64,000 nt of DNA from Longimicrobiales bacterium (GCA_965203485.1 OZ241892.1:2048001-2112000), one strand, 5' to 3'; shown: positions 49,139 to 59,073, counted from the stretch's first letter. Notes: generated by a model from the sequence alone, not told the origin. Made by a program: numbers and translations.

Positions 49139-52129
49139 TCACCGGGCGAGGCGCGACCGTTGCTCGTAGTCCACGTGGAGGTCGCGGTTGTCGCGCAGGG
49201 CCACCTCGAACATGAAGCTCCAATTGCCGGTCGCGGTCTGGCGAAACGAGAAGTCCGCGTTCCAACGGTGCAGGTCGCGCTGCAGGCTCACGACGTGATC
49301 GTTGAACGCGCGCGCCTCCACGTCGTAGGACGTCCGCCAGTTCACCGACCACTTCTCCGTAGGCTGGAACCTCAGGGCCGATTGCAACATCTGGCTGGGC
49401 GCGGTGGCCGCGTCGCGCGACCGGGCCAACGAGTACGACAACGACGCGTTCCATCGCCCGACGCCCCCGGCGCGCGGTCCCCGGCTCGGGAACTGCTCGC
49501 GCTGGTCGCCGAAGCCGGGCACGACCGCCGGGTCGCCCCGGTCCAGGTCGCCGAGGCCCACCGGATCGTCCAGGGGATCCTCCTCCTCCTCCAGTTCCTC
49601 CGGCGCCTCGGGCTCCGAATCCGCGGCATCCCCGGCGTCGCCGCGCCCCCGCAACCAGCGGAACAGCGCCGATTGGCTGTTGAGCGAAAACGACAGGTTG
49701 ACGCTGGACAGGAAGGGCGAGAAGGTCCGCTGGCCGCCGTCCGGGCCCGCGCCCGAATCGTCGAAGACGTCGAGTTCGGTCGAGAGCGAAAGTCCGCGCA
49801 GGTAGTCCGAGCTGAACTGGTTGGCCACGCGCAAGTTGGCGGCGAAGCCGCGCGTGAAGTGCCCCAGCCTGCTGGCTTGTTCGAAGTCGTAGGCGACCGC
49901 GCTCGTGCGCCATGCCAGCAACGTCACCTTCTCGGACATGGCGGCGCGCCGGGGTCCGTCGGCCGGACCTGACCGGGCGCTGTTCGCCGAGTCCGCCTCG
50001 TCGCCCCCGCGCCGCGCCTCGAACGTCTGGTTCAGGCCGACGACGATTTGGTTCCTGGGATGGACCGCGCGCGAGCCGAAGACGGCCTCTTGGAGCGGCG
50101 TGGGCCGGGTCTCGGGCGAATACGAGTAGTCGAAGCTGGTGGAGATCTTGTGTCGGACGCGGCCGCCGGCGTAGAAGCCGTAGACGTCCGACTTGAGCTG
50201 GGCGCCGAACGATATGCGCGTCGGGGCCGCGGTGAAGCCGCTCGACGCGGACGACGTGTCGGACCTGATCGAGCGGCCCGAGATGGAAAGCTGCGGGGTC
50301 AGCGTAGTCGAGCCGACGAGGTTCTGCTGGTAGTTGACGCGGGTCGCCCACGTGAGCTCGTCCGCCGAGAAGTCGGTCGTCCCGGCGGCGGCGACGGCGG
50401 CGGGCGCGAAGATCGGACGGGCCAGGTCGGCCACGCTCCCGACGCCGGCCTGCGACGCCGGATCGGCAGGGTCGAAGAAGCCGCTGGGCACGTCCAGCGA
50501 GGTGTTGCGCCGGAGGCTCGCGTTCTGCGCCACCGACAGTGCGCCGACGGACAGCGTCGTGGAGAGCGCTCCCTGCAGCGTTTCGTTGTCCGCGGCGGCG
50601 AGGGTAAAGGCGGCTTCCGGGTCTGGAGCGGGCAGGTCGCGGATCGAGCGCGAGAAGTTGCCGGACGCCGAGAGCGTCATGTTGTGGTAGAACCGCGCCC
50701 GAGACGGGGACGGTTCGCGGAAGAGCGTGATGGTGGACAGGGACAGGTTGGCCGTCGGAAGCGTCATCTCCACGCGGTCGTCCGAAAGGAACTGGCGCCG
50801 GTTGAAGCTGAGCGACAGGTTGCCCCAGTCGAAGCGGCGGTTGAGCCCGCCGTCGGAGTCGATCGACTGGGTGACCTGTCGCGGGTCGAACGAGTTGCGC
50901 CGCACGAAGTCGGCGCTCGAAGCGTAGCGGAAGGCCGCCCGCATCTGGGTCCGCTCCGACAGCTCCCACTCGTGGCTGGTGTCGATCGCCAGCTCGGAGC
51001 CGCCTTCGTTGCGCCAGAACTGCTGGAAGTTGGCCCTCCCGTCCAGGAAGCGGCGGAGCCACCGGTACCTGAAGCCGCCCTTCACCGCCAAGTAGTTTCC
51101 GCTCCACCAGTCCACGGCCGCCCCCGCGTCCGTGTAGTCGCTCATGGCCCAGTAGAAGCCCAGGTTGGAGACGCGGCGCGAGTAGCTTCCGGACGTGCGG
51201 ACGATGTCGTTCACCGAGAAGCGGATCGGGAGCAGGCCGGAGCGGCGTCCCCGCTCGGTGCTCTGAGCCACGAACGGCAACCAGAAGACGGGCACGTCGG
51301 CGAAGTAGAGCAGCACGTTGCGAGCGACCAGAGTTCCTCCCGGCTCCATCTTGAGCGCGCGAGCGACGAAGTGATAGTGCGGTTCGTCTTCTTCGCAGCT
51401 GGTGAACATGATGTCGTGTCCGTACGAGACGTCGCGGCTTACCCAGTCGAAGTCGCCCTCCACGATCCACTCGCCGGTGACCGCGCTCGTCTTCGTTCGC
51501 GCGCCGAGCGCCGTTCCTCTCTCCTGGTTCAGGTCGAACACCAGCCTGCGCACCTGGACTTCGTCGCCCTGCTGGGGCCGGTAGGTCGCCTCTCGTCCAA
51601 CGGTGACCAGACGGCCCGTCTCTTCGTTGAAGACCAGCGCCGAGTCGCCCGCCAGCTCCATGCCGTCGCGGATCAGGCGCGCCTCCGACTCCGACGAGCC
51701 GGCGAGCGTCAGGACGCGCGACCGAGCATCGAAGCTGACTCCCGTGCCTTCGTACTGCACAACGTCGTAGCCGGGCAACGCGAGCAGCGCCTGCAACGTG
51801 GAGTCGGCGGCCGACTGCCCGCGCTCGCCTGCGCTCCGACGATCCGACGAGTCGGCGGCCGAGAGGCCCGACGAGTCGCCGAGTTGCCGCGCGAGCCGCT
51901 CGAGGCGCAGACGCATCTCCGCCACCAGCGAGTCGGCGGCCTCCTGGCTCGCCGCGGGCGCCGCCGAGCAGGCCAGCGCGGGCAGCAGGAGCGCGAGCCG
52001 GTGCAACCTGCGGGCGGGGCGGCCCAGTCGAGCCGGGCGGAGCCGCCCGGCGAACCGACGGAGCCGGTGCCGCCTGCCCGGCGCCGAGCGCCGAACGGGC
52101 CGGTGCATCCGCGTCCGGAGCGGCCTCAT
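49139..52129 (-). CDS. lptD: LPS-assembly protein LptD-like outer-membrane beta-barrel
   Basis: FTSCEEDEPHYHF, LYFADVPVFWLPF, RRSGLL, GFYWAMSDY, C-terminal LQRDLHRWNADFSF. Confidence 0.85.
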   Translation of the reverse strand: MRPLRTRMHRPVRRSAPGRRHRLRRFAGRLRPARLGRPARRLHRLALLLPALACSAAPAASQEAADSLVAEMRLRLERLARQLGDSSGLSAADSSDRRSAGERGQSAADSTLQALLALPGYDVVQYEGTGVSFDARSRVLTLAGSSESEARLIRDGMELAGDSALVFNEETGRLVTVGREATYRPQQGDEVQVRRLVFDLNQERGTALGARTKTSAVTGEWIVEGDFDWVSRDVSYGHDIMFTSCEEDEPHYHFVARALKMEPGGTLVARNVLLYFADVPVFWLPFVAQSTERGRRSGLLPIRFSVNDIVRTSGSYSRRVSNLGFYWAMSDYTDAGAAVDWWSGNYLAVKGGFRYRWLRRFLDGRANFQQFWRNEGGSELAIDTSHEWELSERTQMRAAFRYASSADFVRRNSFDPRQVTQSIDSDGGLNRRFDWGNLSLSFNRRQFLSDDRVEMTLPTANLSLSTITLFREPSPSRARFYHNMTLSASGNFSRSIRDLPAPDPEAAFTLAAADNETLQGALSTTLSVGALSVAQNASLRRNTSLDVPSGFFDPADPASQAGVGSVADLARPIFAPAAVAAAGTTDFSADELTWATRVNYQQNLVGSTTLTPQLSISGRSIRSDTSSASSGFTAAPTRISFGAQLKSDVYGFYAGGRVRHKISTSFDYSYSPETRPTPLQEAVFGSRAVHPRNQIVVGLNQTFEARRGGDEADSANSARSGPADGPRRAAMSEKVTLLAWRTSAVAYDFEQASRLGHFTRGFAANLRVANQFSSDYLRGLSLSTELDVFDDSGAGPDGGQRTFSPFLSSVNLSFSLNSQSALFRWLRGRGDAGDAADSEPEAPEELEEEEDPLDDPVGLGDLDRGDPAVVPGFGDQREQFPSRGPRAGGVGRWNASLSYSLARSRDAATAPSQMLQSALRFQPTEKWSVNWRTSYDVEARAFNDHVVSLQRDLHRWNADFSFRQTATGNWSFMFEVALRDNRDLHVDYEQRSRLAR

Positions 52130-53154
52130 GATGGTCGGCCTGCGCCGCCGTCGGCGGCGGAACGCGCCGGGTCGCCGTGCGTGTACGGATTCGCGTCGTT
52201 CGAGGGCGTTTCGGGGACCGAACCGACGGGAGACGGCGGATCGTCGCCCGAACTCGCCGGCGGCGGCGACGGATCGCCGCCTGGACCGGGATCGTCGCGG
52301 TCCGGCGGATCGTCGTCGGGGTTCGGATCGGGATCGACGGCAACGGAACCGGCCGCCGGGTCGCCGCCGATCGCGCGCTGGCGCCGTTCGCGGTTCCGCC
52401 ACGCCAGCGCCGAGAGCCAGATGCTGAACTCGTACAGGAGCACGAGCGGGACCATCATCAGGGCCGTCACCTGCACCATGTCGCCCGGCGAAAGCATGGC
52501 GGCGATCACAGTGACCATGACGATGGCATGACGCCGCTTCGCCCGCAGAAACGTCGGCGTCACGACTCCGAGCACGCTCAGGACGAGGACGACGACCGGC
52601 AGTTCGAAGAGTATCCCGAACCCGAGCAGGAGCTTGACGACGAAGCCGATGTAGCCCGGGGCCGTCCAGCTGGGCTCCATCATGTCGGCCATGAAGCCGA
52701 TCAGAAAGCGCAGCGTCAGCGGCAACGCGACGAAGTAGGCCAGCGCCACGCCCGTCAGGAACAGGAACAGGCCCATGAACAGCGCCGGCAGGATGGTGCG
52801 CTTCTCCGCCTTCTCCAGGGCCGGCGCGAGAAACGCCCATATCTGGTAGATGATGATCGGCGACGCCAGGACCAAGCCGACGGTCAGCGAAATCTTGAGA
52901 AAGATGAAGAACGAATCGGCGGGCGCCAGATAGATCAGTCGCCACTCGGGGCCCAGCACTTCTTGTCCGGGCTCGATGAGAAACCTCGTCACGTCCAAGT
53001 AGTGCACCGCGGCCAACCCGGCGCCGAAGCACGCGGCCACTGCCAGCAGGCTCCAGAGCATCCGGCGACGAAGCTCCTCCAAGTGTTCCAGGAACGGCAT
53101 CTCGGCCCGAGGGTTGAGCTTGCGGGAGAGCAGGCCGTCGCGCAGGCGGTTCAT
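52126..53154 (-). CDS. tatC: Twin-arginine translocase subunit TatC
   Basis: EMPFLEHLEELRRR, YQIWAFLAPAL, FGILFELP, SPGD, PLVLLYEFSI. Confidence 0.95.
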   Translation of the reverse strand: MNRLRDGLLSRKLNPRAEMPFLEHLEELRRRMLWSLLAVAACFGAGLAAVHYLDVTRFLIEPGQEVLGPEWRLIYLAPADSFFIFLKISLTVGLVLASPIIIYQIWAFLAPALEKAEKRTILPALFMGLFLFLTGVALAYFVALPLTLRFLIGFMADMMEPSWTAPGYIGFVVKLLLGFGILFELPVVVLVLSVLGVVTPTFLRAKRRHAIVMVTVIAAMLSPGDMVQVTALMMVPLVLLYEFSIWLSALAWRNRERRQRAIGGDPAAGSVAVDPDPNPDDDPPDRDDPGPGGDPSPPPASSGDDPPSPVGSVPETPSNDANPYTHGDPARSAADGGAGRPS

Positions 53155-53166
53155 CGTCCCCTCCAG

Positions 53167-53682
53167 CTACTCCACCGTCTCGCGGGGCAGGGCCAGCTCG
53201 GTCTGCCCGATCGCCTGCTGGGCCATGCGTTCGCGAACATGGATTTCGTCCACCGCGCGCCGAAACTCGTCGATGTCCTGGAAGTTCTTGTACACCGACG
53301 CATAGCGGACGTACGCGATCCGGTCCAGCGGCTTCAGGTGCAGCATGACCAGCTCGCCGATGCCGGCCGACTCGATCTGCAGGCCGACCGAACTCGACAA
53401 CGCGTCCTCGACGCAGTCCACGAGGGCCTCGATCTCCTCGGGCGGGACCGGGCGCTTGGCGCACGCCTTCGCCACGCCCGCCCGCAACTTGTCGCGCCGA
53501 AACTCTTCCGCGCGCCCGCTCCGCTTCAGCACTTGCAGGCGCCGCTCCTCGACATACTCGTAGGTGGTGAATCGCGCGGCGCAAGCCAGGCATTCTCGGC
53601 GGCGACGAACGGCCCGGCCCCCGCGAGCCGTGCGCGAGTCCACCACCTTGCTCGATTCGGACTTGCATGCGGGACACTGCAT
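53167..53682 (-). CDS. nrdR: Transcriptional repressor NrdR
   Basis: MQCPAC, VVDSR, RRRRECLAC..RFTTYE, ATP cone, IAYVRYASVYKNF. Confidence 0.96.
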   Translation of the reverse strand: MQCPACKSESSKVVDSRTARGGRAVRRRRECLACAARFTTYEYVEERRLQVLKRSGRAEEFRRDKLRAGVAKACAKRPVPPEEIEALVDCVEDALSSSVGLQIESAGIGELVMLHLKPLDRIAYVRYASVYKNFQDIDEFRRAVDEIHVRERMAQQAIGQTELALPRETVE

Positions 53683-53740
53683 TCGGACTCGAACTCGCGA
53701 TTCCGGCAGGGCGTTGGCGGCGGGCCTGCCGAGTCTGGCC

Positions 53741-54547
53741 TCACGGGATGTCCCGCAGGCGCTCCTCCGCCATCGAGGCAAACCGGTGATCGCCGTACGA
53801 ATTCACGATCCGCTCCAAGAGTTCGCGGGCCCGATCGAAGTCTTCCATCTGTACATGGACCATGGCGGCCCGGTAGAGAGCAGAGGGCACTTCCTCCGCC
53901 GCGGGGAACAGCTCCGGCACGCGCAGGTAGGTCTCGGCGGCCTCGGTCAACCGGTCCTCGGCGCTGGCCAGCTCGCCCAAGTGCAGATACGCTCCGGGCG
54001 CATGCGGATGGTTGGGGTGCTCCGCGAGGAACCGCGTGAAGCCCATCCTCGCGACCGCGAAGCTACCGAGATTGACTTGGCGCACGGCGGCATCGTACAT
54101 GTCCGCGGCCGGATCGGCGACGCCCGGCTCGTCGTCGCCCATGCCTTGGGAAGCGGAGTCCGACGGCTCCGGGGCGACTTCCCGGGGCCTGGCGGGCCGC
54201 CACCGCTGGGCATCCAGCTCGTCACGGAGAGCCGCTTGGCTGCGCTGGATCTGGCCCGCGAGCTCGTTGAGCCGCTGCAGTTGCTCGAGGATGCCGGCCA
54301 GCTGGCTGTTCACGCCGCCGCGAAAGTCGAAGAACAAGTCCGCGACGGCCCGAATCGAGTCCTGGGTGCCCCTGTTCAGGTCGCGCATTTCCTGCTCGAC
54401 AGCCTGCAGAGCCGCGTCCCGGTTCTGGCTGGCGGCCCGCACGTCGGCCCGCACGTCGCGCATGTCTCGCTTCGTGGCGCACCCACCGGCCACGGCTGCG
54501 ACGACGGCCACCAATCCGGCCCGGGCGACCGACCACCTTGGCCGCAT
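53741..54547 (-). CDS. cpoB: Tol-Pal system protein CpoB/YbgF-like (lipoprotein, coiled coil + TPR)
   Basis: AGGC lipobox, coiled coil, TPR (F..FLAEHPNHPHAPGAYLHLGE...PSALYRAAM); directly downstream of pal. Confidence 0.8.
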   Translation of the reverse strand: MRPRWSVARAGLVAVVAAVAGGCATKRDMRDVRADVRAASQNRDAALQAVEQEMRDLNRGTQDSIRAVADLFFDFRGGVNSQLAGILEQLQRLNELAGQIQRSQAALRDELDAQRWRPARPREVAPEPSDSASQGMGDDEPGVADPAADMYDAAVRQVNLGSFAVARMGFTRFLAEHPNHPHAPGAYLHLGELASAEDRLTEAAETYLRVPELFPAAEEVPSALYRAAMVHVQMEDFDRARELLERIVNSYGDHRFASMAEERLRDIP

Positions 54548-54623
54548 CACTCCCCTTCGTCCATTCGCCCCGCTCCTCCCCCCCCTCCCCACCGCGCTCA
54601 CGGACCGGCCGGCCCGCTGTCGC

Positions 54624-55220
54624 CTAAGGAACGATGTCGGCGCCACCCGCCGTGACGACGAACTCCACCCGCCGGTTCAACGCCCACGCCCGCTCGTCGG
54701 AGCCGGTCTCCACGGGCCGGGCTTCGCCGTAGGAGACCGCGCTGAAGCGGCTCTCGTCGAGACCGAAGCCCCTTATGAAGCGAATCACGGCCTGCGCCCG
54801 CTCGTTGCCGAGAGCGATGTTGTACTCGGACGTGCCGCGCTCGTCGGCGTGTCCCTCCATGCGCAACTCGACGCCTGGATTGCGCCTCAGGATGTCGATC
54901 TTCTCGCGGAGCTTGGCCTCGGCGTCCGCGCGGATGGCCGCCTCGTCGTAGTCGAAGTAGACCGTTTCCGTCAGCGACTGGCGCGCCATTTCGGCCCGTC
55001 GCGCCGCCTCGCGCGCCTCCCGTTCCCGCTCGGCGGCCTCCGCCGCGGCTTGTTCGGCCTCGGCCTGCGCAATCGAGTCCAAGCGCATCTGCTCCAACTC
55101 TTCGGGACTCGGCCCCGGCGGCGAAGCCTCGGCCGGAGGTTCGTTCCCTCCGCACGCTGCGGCGGCGACCACGGCAAGGGCGGCGAGAATCAAGCGAGAA
55201 TCAGACATCCAGGCTCCCAT
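54624..55220 (-). CDS. pal: Peptidoglycan-associated lipoprotein (OmpA-like)
   Basis: AAAC lipobox, VYFDYD, EGHADERGTSEYNIALGNERA, VSYGEARP, WALNRRVEF. Confidence 0.95.
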   Translation of the reverse strand: MGAWMSDSRLILAALAVVAAAACGGNEPPAEASPPGPSPEELEQMRLDSIAQAEAEQAAAEAAEREREAREAARRAEMARQSLTETVYFDYDEAAIRADAEAKLREKIDILRRNPGVELRMEGHADERGTSEYNIALGNERAQAVIRFIRGFGLDESRFSAVSYGEARPVETGSDERAWALNRRVEFVVTAGGADIVP

Positions 55221-55361
55221 GGGCAGTAAGAGTGGGCGTGTGCGGCGACGGCCGCGCGGGTCCGACGACGGTCGTCGCCCACGGCCGCGCCGCTTGGCGC
55301 GACGTTACGGGCAAGCTAGACAAGTAAAGCCCGTCGCGCAAGGCAGCGCCGGATCCCGGTT

Positions 55362-55745
55362 TGTCGTACCGCAGTAGAAATGTCCGGTCTTGCCGCAATA
55401 GAAATGTCCTCTTTCGGGCGGCGTTCGGCAGGAGTGCGAGCGCAATCCGGGAGAGAAGCGAATGGAGTCGAGCCTGAAGGAGCGGGACCGCGTGGCGGCG
55501 ATGCGGCAGGCGAGCGAGGGCGTGCCGACGCGCTCGGGGGGCGGCTGGACGTGACGCGGCGCCGCATGAGCCGTCTGATGCGGCTGTTGCGAGCACGAGG
55601 GCGACGGCGCAGCGGTCCACGGGTTGCGGGCCGCCGGTCGAACCGGACTCATGCGCCGGAGGTGCGCGGGCGTGTCTGGCGATGGCGGCGGAGCCGCTGT
55701 GCGCGGGATTTCGTCGCGCGCGGCACGAACGGCGGAGAACCGGCG
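55362..55745 (+). mobile_element. IS1202/ISNCY-type insertion sequence remnant (left end + frameshifted transposase N-terminus)
   Basis: Starts TGT; subterminal repeats CCGCA(G/A)TAGAAATGTCC at 55369 and 55393; from ATG 55462 frameshifted MESSLKERDRVAAMRQ../RLDVTRRRMSRL../EGDGAAVHGLR../RSNR..PEVR../AEPLCAGF; right boundary approximate. Confidence 0.7.
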
Positions 55746-55928
55746 CGCGATCGGCCACGGGGGTCAAGCCGGAGTCCGCGCCATGGAGCAAGAGGCGTCG
55801 TCCGCTCGCCGGGCGGACACGGTCGTGGAGCCGGACCCGGAGGTCGTGGCGAAGCCCGCAGGGCGGCCGGTTCGCGGCGGCGTACAGGATGCGCGTCGTC
55901 GAGGAGGCGGAGCGGTGCGCGGGAGACC

Positions 55929-57572
55929 CTAGGAGTCTGTAGGCCGTAGGGAAGGGGCCGGGGCGTAGCAGACGGGGCGGCGGGCAGGCGTTAGGCGGAC
56001 GGGTCGGGCGATGGGCGGCATGGGGCGTCGGCGGGCGTGCAACGGACGACGCGAGGCCGATTTTGGGCGGGAAAGGGCGCGCGGGGCGTGCGGAGCGTCG
56101 CGTTTGGGCGCACGACGCCTGGGGGGCGTACGGTTCGCGAAGAGCTTGAGCAGGTTGTGGCAGGCGCAGACCAGCGCCCACTCGGCCTCGACCGCCTCGA
56201 GTCTTCGGAACGAGAAGCGCCGAAAGCCGCGCGCCTGCTTGATCTGGCCATTGACCGGCTCGACGACGGCCTTGCGGCGCGCGTACAACGCTCGTCCGTC
56301 CTCGCTGGCGACCCGGGCCCGCATCCGCTCCCGTGGCGACGCGTCCTGCCGCGCGGCGGCGTCCGTTTTCGGAGATGTCCCTTGGGGCTTGCGCGCCGTC
56401 GCGACCCAGGCCTCCGTCCCCAGGGCGCGCGCTTGCGCCTCGACGCCCGGACGCCAGTATCCGGCGTCGGCCGTCGCGTTCGCCGGCGCCTCGCCCAGGT
56501 TCGCCCTGGCCCGCTCGAGCACCGGCTCCAGATTGCGGCAGTCGGCCGGCTGGTTCGTCACGCCGTGCGCCACGACGACCTGCGCGGCGTCGTCGACCGC
56601 CAGTTGCGCGTTGTACGCCTGCACGAATCCGTGCGCCCCCATCATGATGTGGCTCTCCGGGTCCGTGAAGTTGCATTGCGCCCCGCCGACCGGTCGCCCG
56701 CCCGGCGTCGCCGGCGTCTCCTTGCGCGGCAACTGTCCCGGCTCGCTCGCGGACGCGCCGCCTTGCGGGTCCAGCGCGTCCGCACGCGCCCGCCGCCGCG
56801 CCGCCTTCGTGCGCAATCCCTTCGCCACGACCGAACTCCCACAGCGCGCCGCCGTCCGCTCCATGCCCTGCGCTTGTGCCCGCAACTTGCGCGCCCGCGC
56901 CCGCCGCGCCTCGTCCTCCAATCGCGCCTTCGCTTCCCGGATCCGCGCCAGCCGGCCCTCGCGCCGGCTCAGCGCCTCCGGCAATCCCTCCGCGCTTCCC
57001 TCCCCCTGCGACTCGGCCCGGTCCGCCGCTTCCGCCTCCGCCAGCATCCGCGCCACCTCCTCGGCCAACCGCTTCTCTTCGGCCACCATGCGCGCATAGC
57101 TCATCGCCTTGTGCTTGCTCGCGTTCGCCTCGACCTTCGTCCCGTCCACCGCCACGTGCTTCAGCTTCACCAGCCCCGCCGCCCCGCACAGCTTCAGCAC
57201 CTCCACGAACAAGCGCTCGAAGCGCTTGCGGTGCACACGGCGAAACTCGTTGATCGTCGTGAAGTGCGGCTCCGCGTTGCCCGTCAGCACACGAAACGCC
57301 ACATGCTCCCGGCACGCCCGAGCCATGCGCCGCGACGAGTACACGCCCGAGCTGTACGCGTACACCAGCAACGCCACCATCATCCTCGGATCGTACGGCC
57401 GCTGGCCCCGCGCGTCCTTCGCCTGAACCGCCGCCTCGATCCCCGAAATGTCCAGCTCCGACACCACGTCCAATACGAACCACACCAAGTGGTCCTCCGG
57501 CAACCAGTCCCGCATCGACGGCGGCATCAGGTACAGCTGGTCCAGCCTCCACGCCTGGTACTGCTTCTTCAC
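55929..57572 (-). CDS. IS1182 family transposase
   Basis: LMPPSMRDWLPEDHLVWF, PYDPRMM, SSRRM, VAVDGTKVEANASK, NFTDPESHIM, QAYNAQ, TADAGY, YARRKAVVEPVNGQIK. Confidence 0.95.
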   Translation of the reverse strand: MKKQYQAWRLDQLYLMPPSMRDWLPEDHLVWFVLDVVSELDISGIEAAVQAKDARGQRPYDPRMMVALLVYAYSSGVYSSRRMARACREHVAFRVLTGNAEPHFTTINEFRRVHRKRFERLFVEVLKLCGAAGLVKLKHVAVDGTKVEANASKHKAMSYARMVAEEKRLAEEVARMLAEAEAADRAESQGEGSAEGLPEALSRREGRLARIREAKARLEDEARRARARKLRAQAQGMERTAARCGSSVVAKGLRTKAARRRARADALDPQGGASASEPGQLPRKETPATPGGRPVGGAQCNFTDPESHIMMGAHGFVQAYNAQLAVDDAAQVVVAHGVTNQPADCRNLEPVLERARANLGEAPANATADAGYWRPGVEAQARALGTEAWVATARKPQGTSPKTDAAARQDASPRERMRARVASEDGRALYARRKAVVEPVNGQIKQARGFRRFSFRRLEAVEAEWALVCACHNLLKLFANRTPPRRRAPKRDAPHAPRALSRPKSASRRPLHARRRPMPPIARPVRLTPARRPVCYAPAPSLRPTDS

Positions 57573-57676
57573 TCGACCCCCCCGTTGAAGAATCGCTCGC
57601 CTCCCCCGCACACCCCCAATATTGCCCCCCCGCCACATCCCGCCACAAGAAGAAACGAGCTATGCGCTACAGGCTC
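55933..57676 (-). mobile_element. IS1182-family insertion sequence, apparently intact
   Basis: Imperfect TIRs GAGTCTGTAG.. / GAGCCTGTAG..; CTAG duplicated at 55929-55932 and 57677-57680. Confidence 0.88.
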
Positions 57677-57999
57677 CTAGCGCGGTCGGCCGGTTGCCGA
57701 GGTGCGCGCGGTCGCACTCGTCGCACCGGCGGCGTGGCGGCAAGCGGCGCGATGGACGGCCGACGGCACTGTCGCAGAGGCTGTCGACTCGCTCGCCGAG
57801 ACGGTGGCGTCGTTGCAGCCGCAACCAAGTGTGGTCGTGGACATCACGCGGCTGCGGGGAGCCGGTCGAGTGGACGTACTTCCACCTCTACGTGATCCTG
57901 GACCTCTTCAGCCGCTGCGCCATCGGCTGGGTGGTGGCCGAGCGCGAGACCACCGCGTGAGGTTGCCGCCTGATCGAGGAAGCGTGCGCAAAGCAGAGC

Positions 58000-58929
58000 G
58001 TGCGTCCCCACGTCGGCACGTTGCACTCCGGCCGCCGGCCGGCGCATCGCCTGCTTGCGCGCAAGTCGCACCCGGACTTCGCTTCGAACCGGCTCCTCTA
58101 CATCAGCTATTCCAAGCCCTTGGCCGAAGAGGACGGCGCGACCACGGCCGTTGTGCGCGGCACGTTCGAGGACGACCGCTTCACGCTTGCGGACGAGATC
58201 TTCGAGGCCGTCTCGCGAGGCGCCGGCCACTACGGCTGCAAGCTGGCCTTCGACGAGCAGGGCCGCCTCTTCCTCACCGTGGGCGACCGCCAAGTCCCGC
58301 CCAGAGGCGACTTGGCCGCCCACCCGGCCCAGGACCCGTCCAACCACCACGGAGTCGTGGTCCGCCTGAACGACGACGGGCGGGTTCCGTCCGACAACCC
58401 GTTCGCGGGACGCGACGACGCCCGCCACGACATCTGGAGCTACGGCCACCGCAATCCGCAGGGCCTCGCCATCCACCCCGAGACCGGCGCCGTCTGGCTC
58501 ACCGAGCACGGCCCCCAAGGCGGCGACGAAGTCAACGTCGCCGCGCCCGGCGCCAACTACGGCTGGCCCGTCATCGGCTACGGCGTCAACTACCGCAGCG
58601 GCGCCGCCATCCACGCCTCCACCCACGCCGAGGGCATGGAGCAGCCCGTCCACATATGGGTGCCCTCCATAGGCGCCTCCGGCCTCCTCTTCTACACCGG
58701 CGACCAGTTCCCCGAATGGCGCGGCGACCTGCTCGCGGGCGGCCTCTCCGGCCAGCGCATCGACCGCCTGACCGTCGAAGGCGACCGCGTCGTCGCTTCG
58801 GAGACCATCCTCCAAGGCCTGGGCCGCGTCCGCGACGTCCGCCAGGGACCGGACGGCCTCATCTACGTGGCAATCGACTCCCGCCAAGGCGAGCAGACGC
58901 CGGTCGTGAGGCTGGAGCCGGCGGGGTAG
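58000..58929 (+). pseudogene. 5'-truncated PQQ-dependent sugar dehydrogenase (YliI/Asd family)
   Basis: HPDFASNRLLYISYS, HYGCKLAF, GRVPSDNPF, WSYGHRNPQGL, EHGPQGGDEVN, GANYGWP, GRVRDVRQGPDG; signal peptide and N-terminal blades missing, replaced by IS3 sequence. Confidence 0.85.
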
Positions 58930-58935
58930 CCGAGG

Positions 58936-59073
58936 TCAACGAAACCACCCGGACAAGCACAGATGGACGACGTCGTCCTGCTCGTTCCCGGCGGCATCCG
59001 TGATGGGAATCGTCCAGTAGAAACGATAACGGCTTGTTGTTGATCCATGTCGAGGATCATCGCTCATACTCAT
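58936..59073 (-). CDS. 45-aa ORF resembling the C-terminus of the upstream lipoprotein (small protein or paralog remnant)
   Basis: MSMSDDPRHGSTTSRYRFYWTIPITDAAGNEQDDVVHLCLSGWFR; ATG overlaps the upstream TGA; shares EQ..(T/V)VHLCL. Confidence 0.4.
   Translation of the reverse strand: MSMSDDPRHGSTTSRYRFYWTIPITDAAGNEQDDVVHLCLSGWFR

Larger units (their letters stand above)
55783..58040 (+). mobile_element. Degenerate IS3-family element interrupted by IS1182
   Basis: OrfA-like PDPEVVAKP../RFAAAYRMRVVEEAERCAGDP resumes in frame after IS1182 (SAVGRL..SSH); OrfB core NQVWSW..WTYFHLYVILDLFSRCAIGWVVAERE*..LIEEACAKQ..TLHS with stop, frameshifts and a large deletion. Confidence 0.8.

Noticed and set aside
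47739..52343. 1534-aa ORF and other very long Arg/Pro/Ala-rich ORFs in the track (e.g. 33759-37283, 28188-31433, 4598-7282)
   Set aside because: Shadow or off-frame ORFs typical of high-GC DNA overlapping well-supported genes; only the 3' part of 47739-52343 (from 48869) is real
55300..55361. XerCD dif-like site next to the IS1202-type end
   Set aside because: No match to the dif consensus visible by eye
55369..55409. Paired 17-bp repeats as a mini-CRISPR or operator
   Set aside because: Their position after a TGT end and before a transposase remnant fits IS1202/ISNCY subterminal repeats
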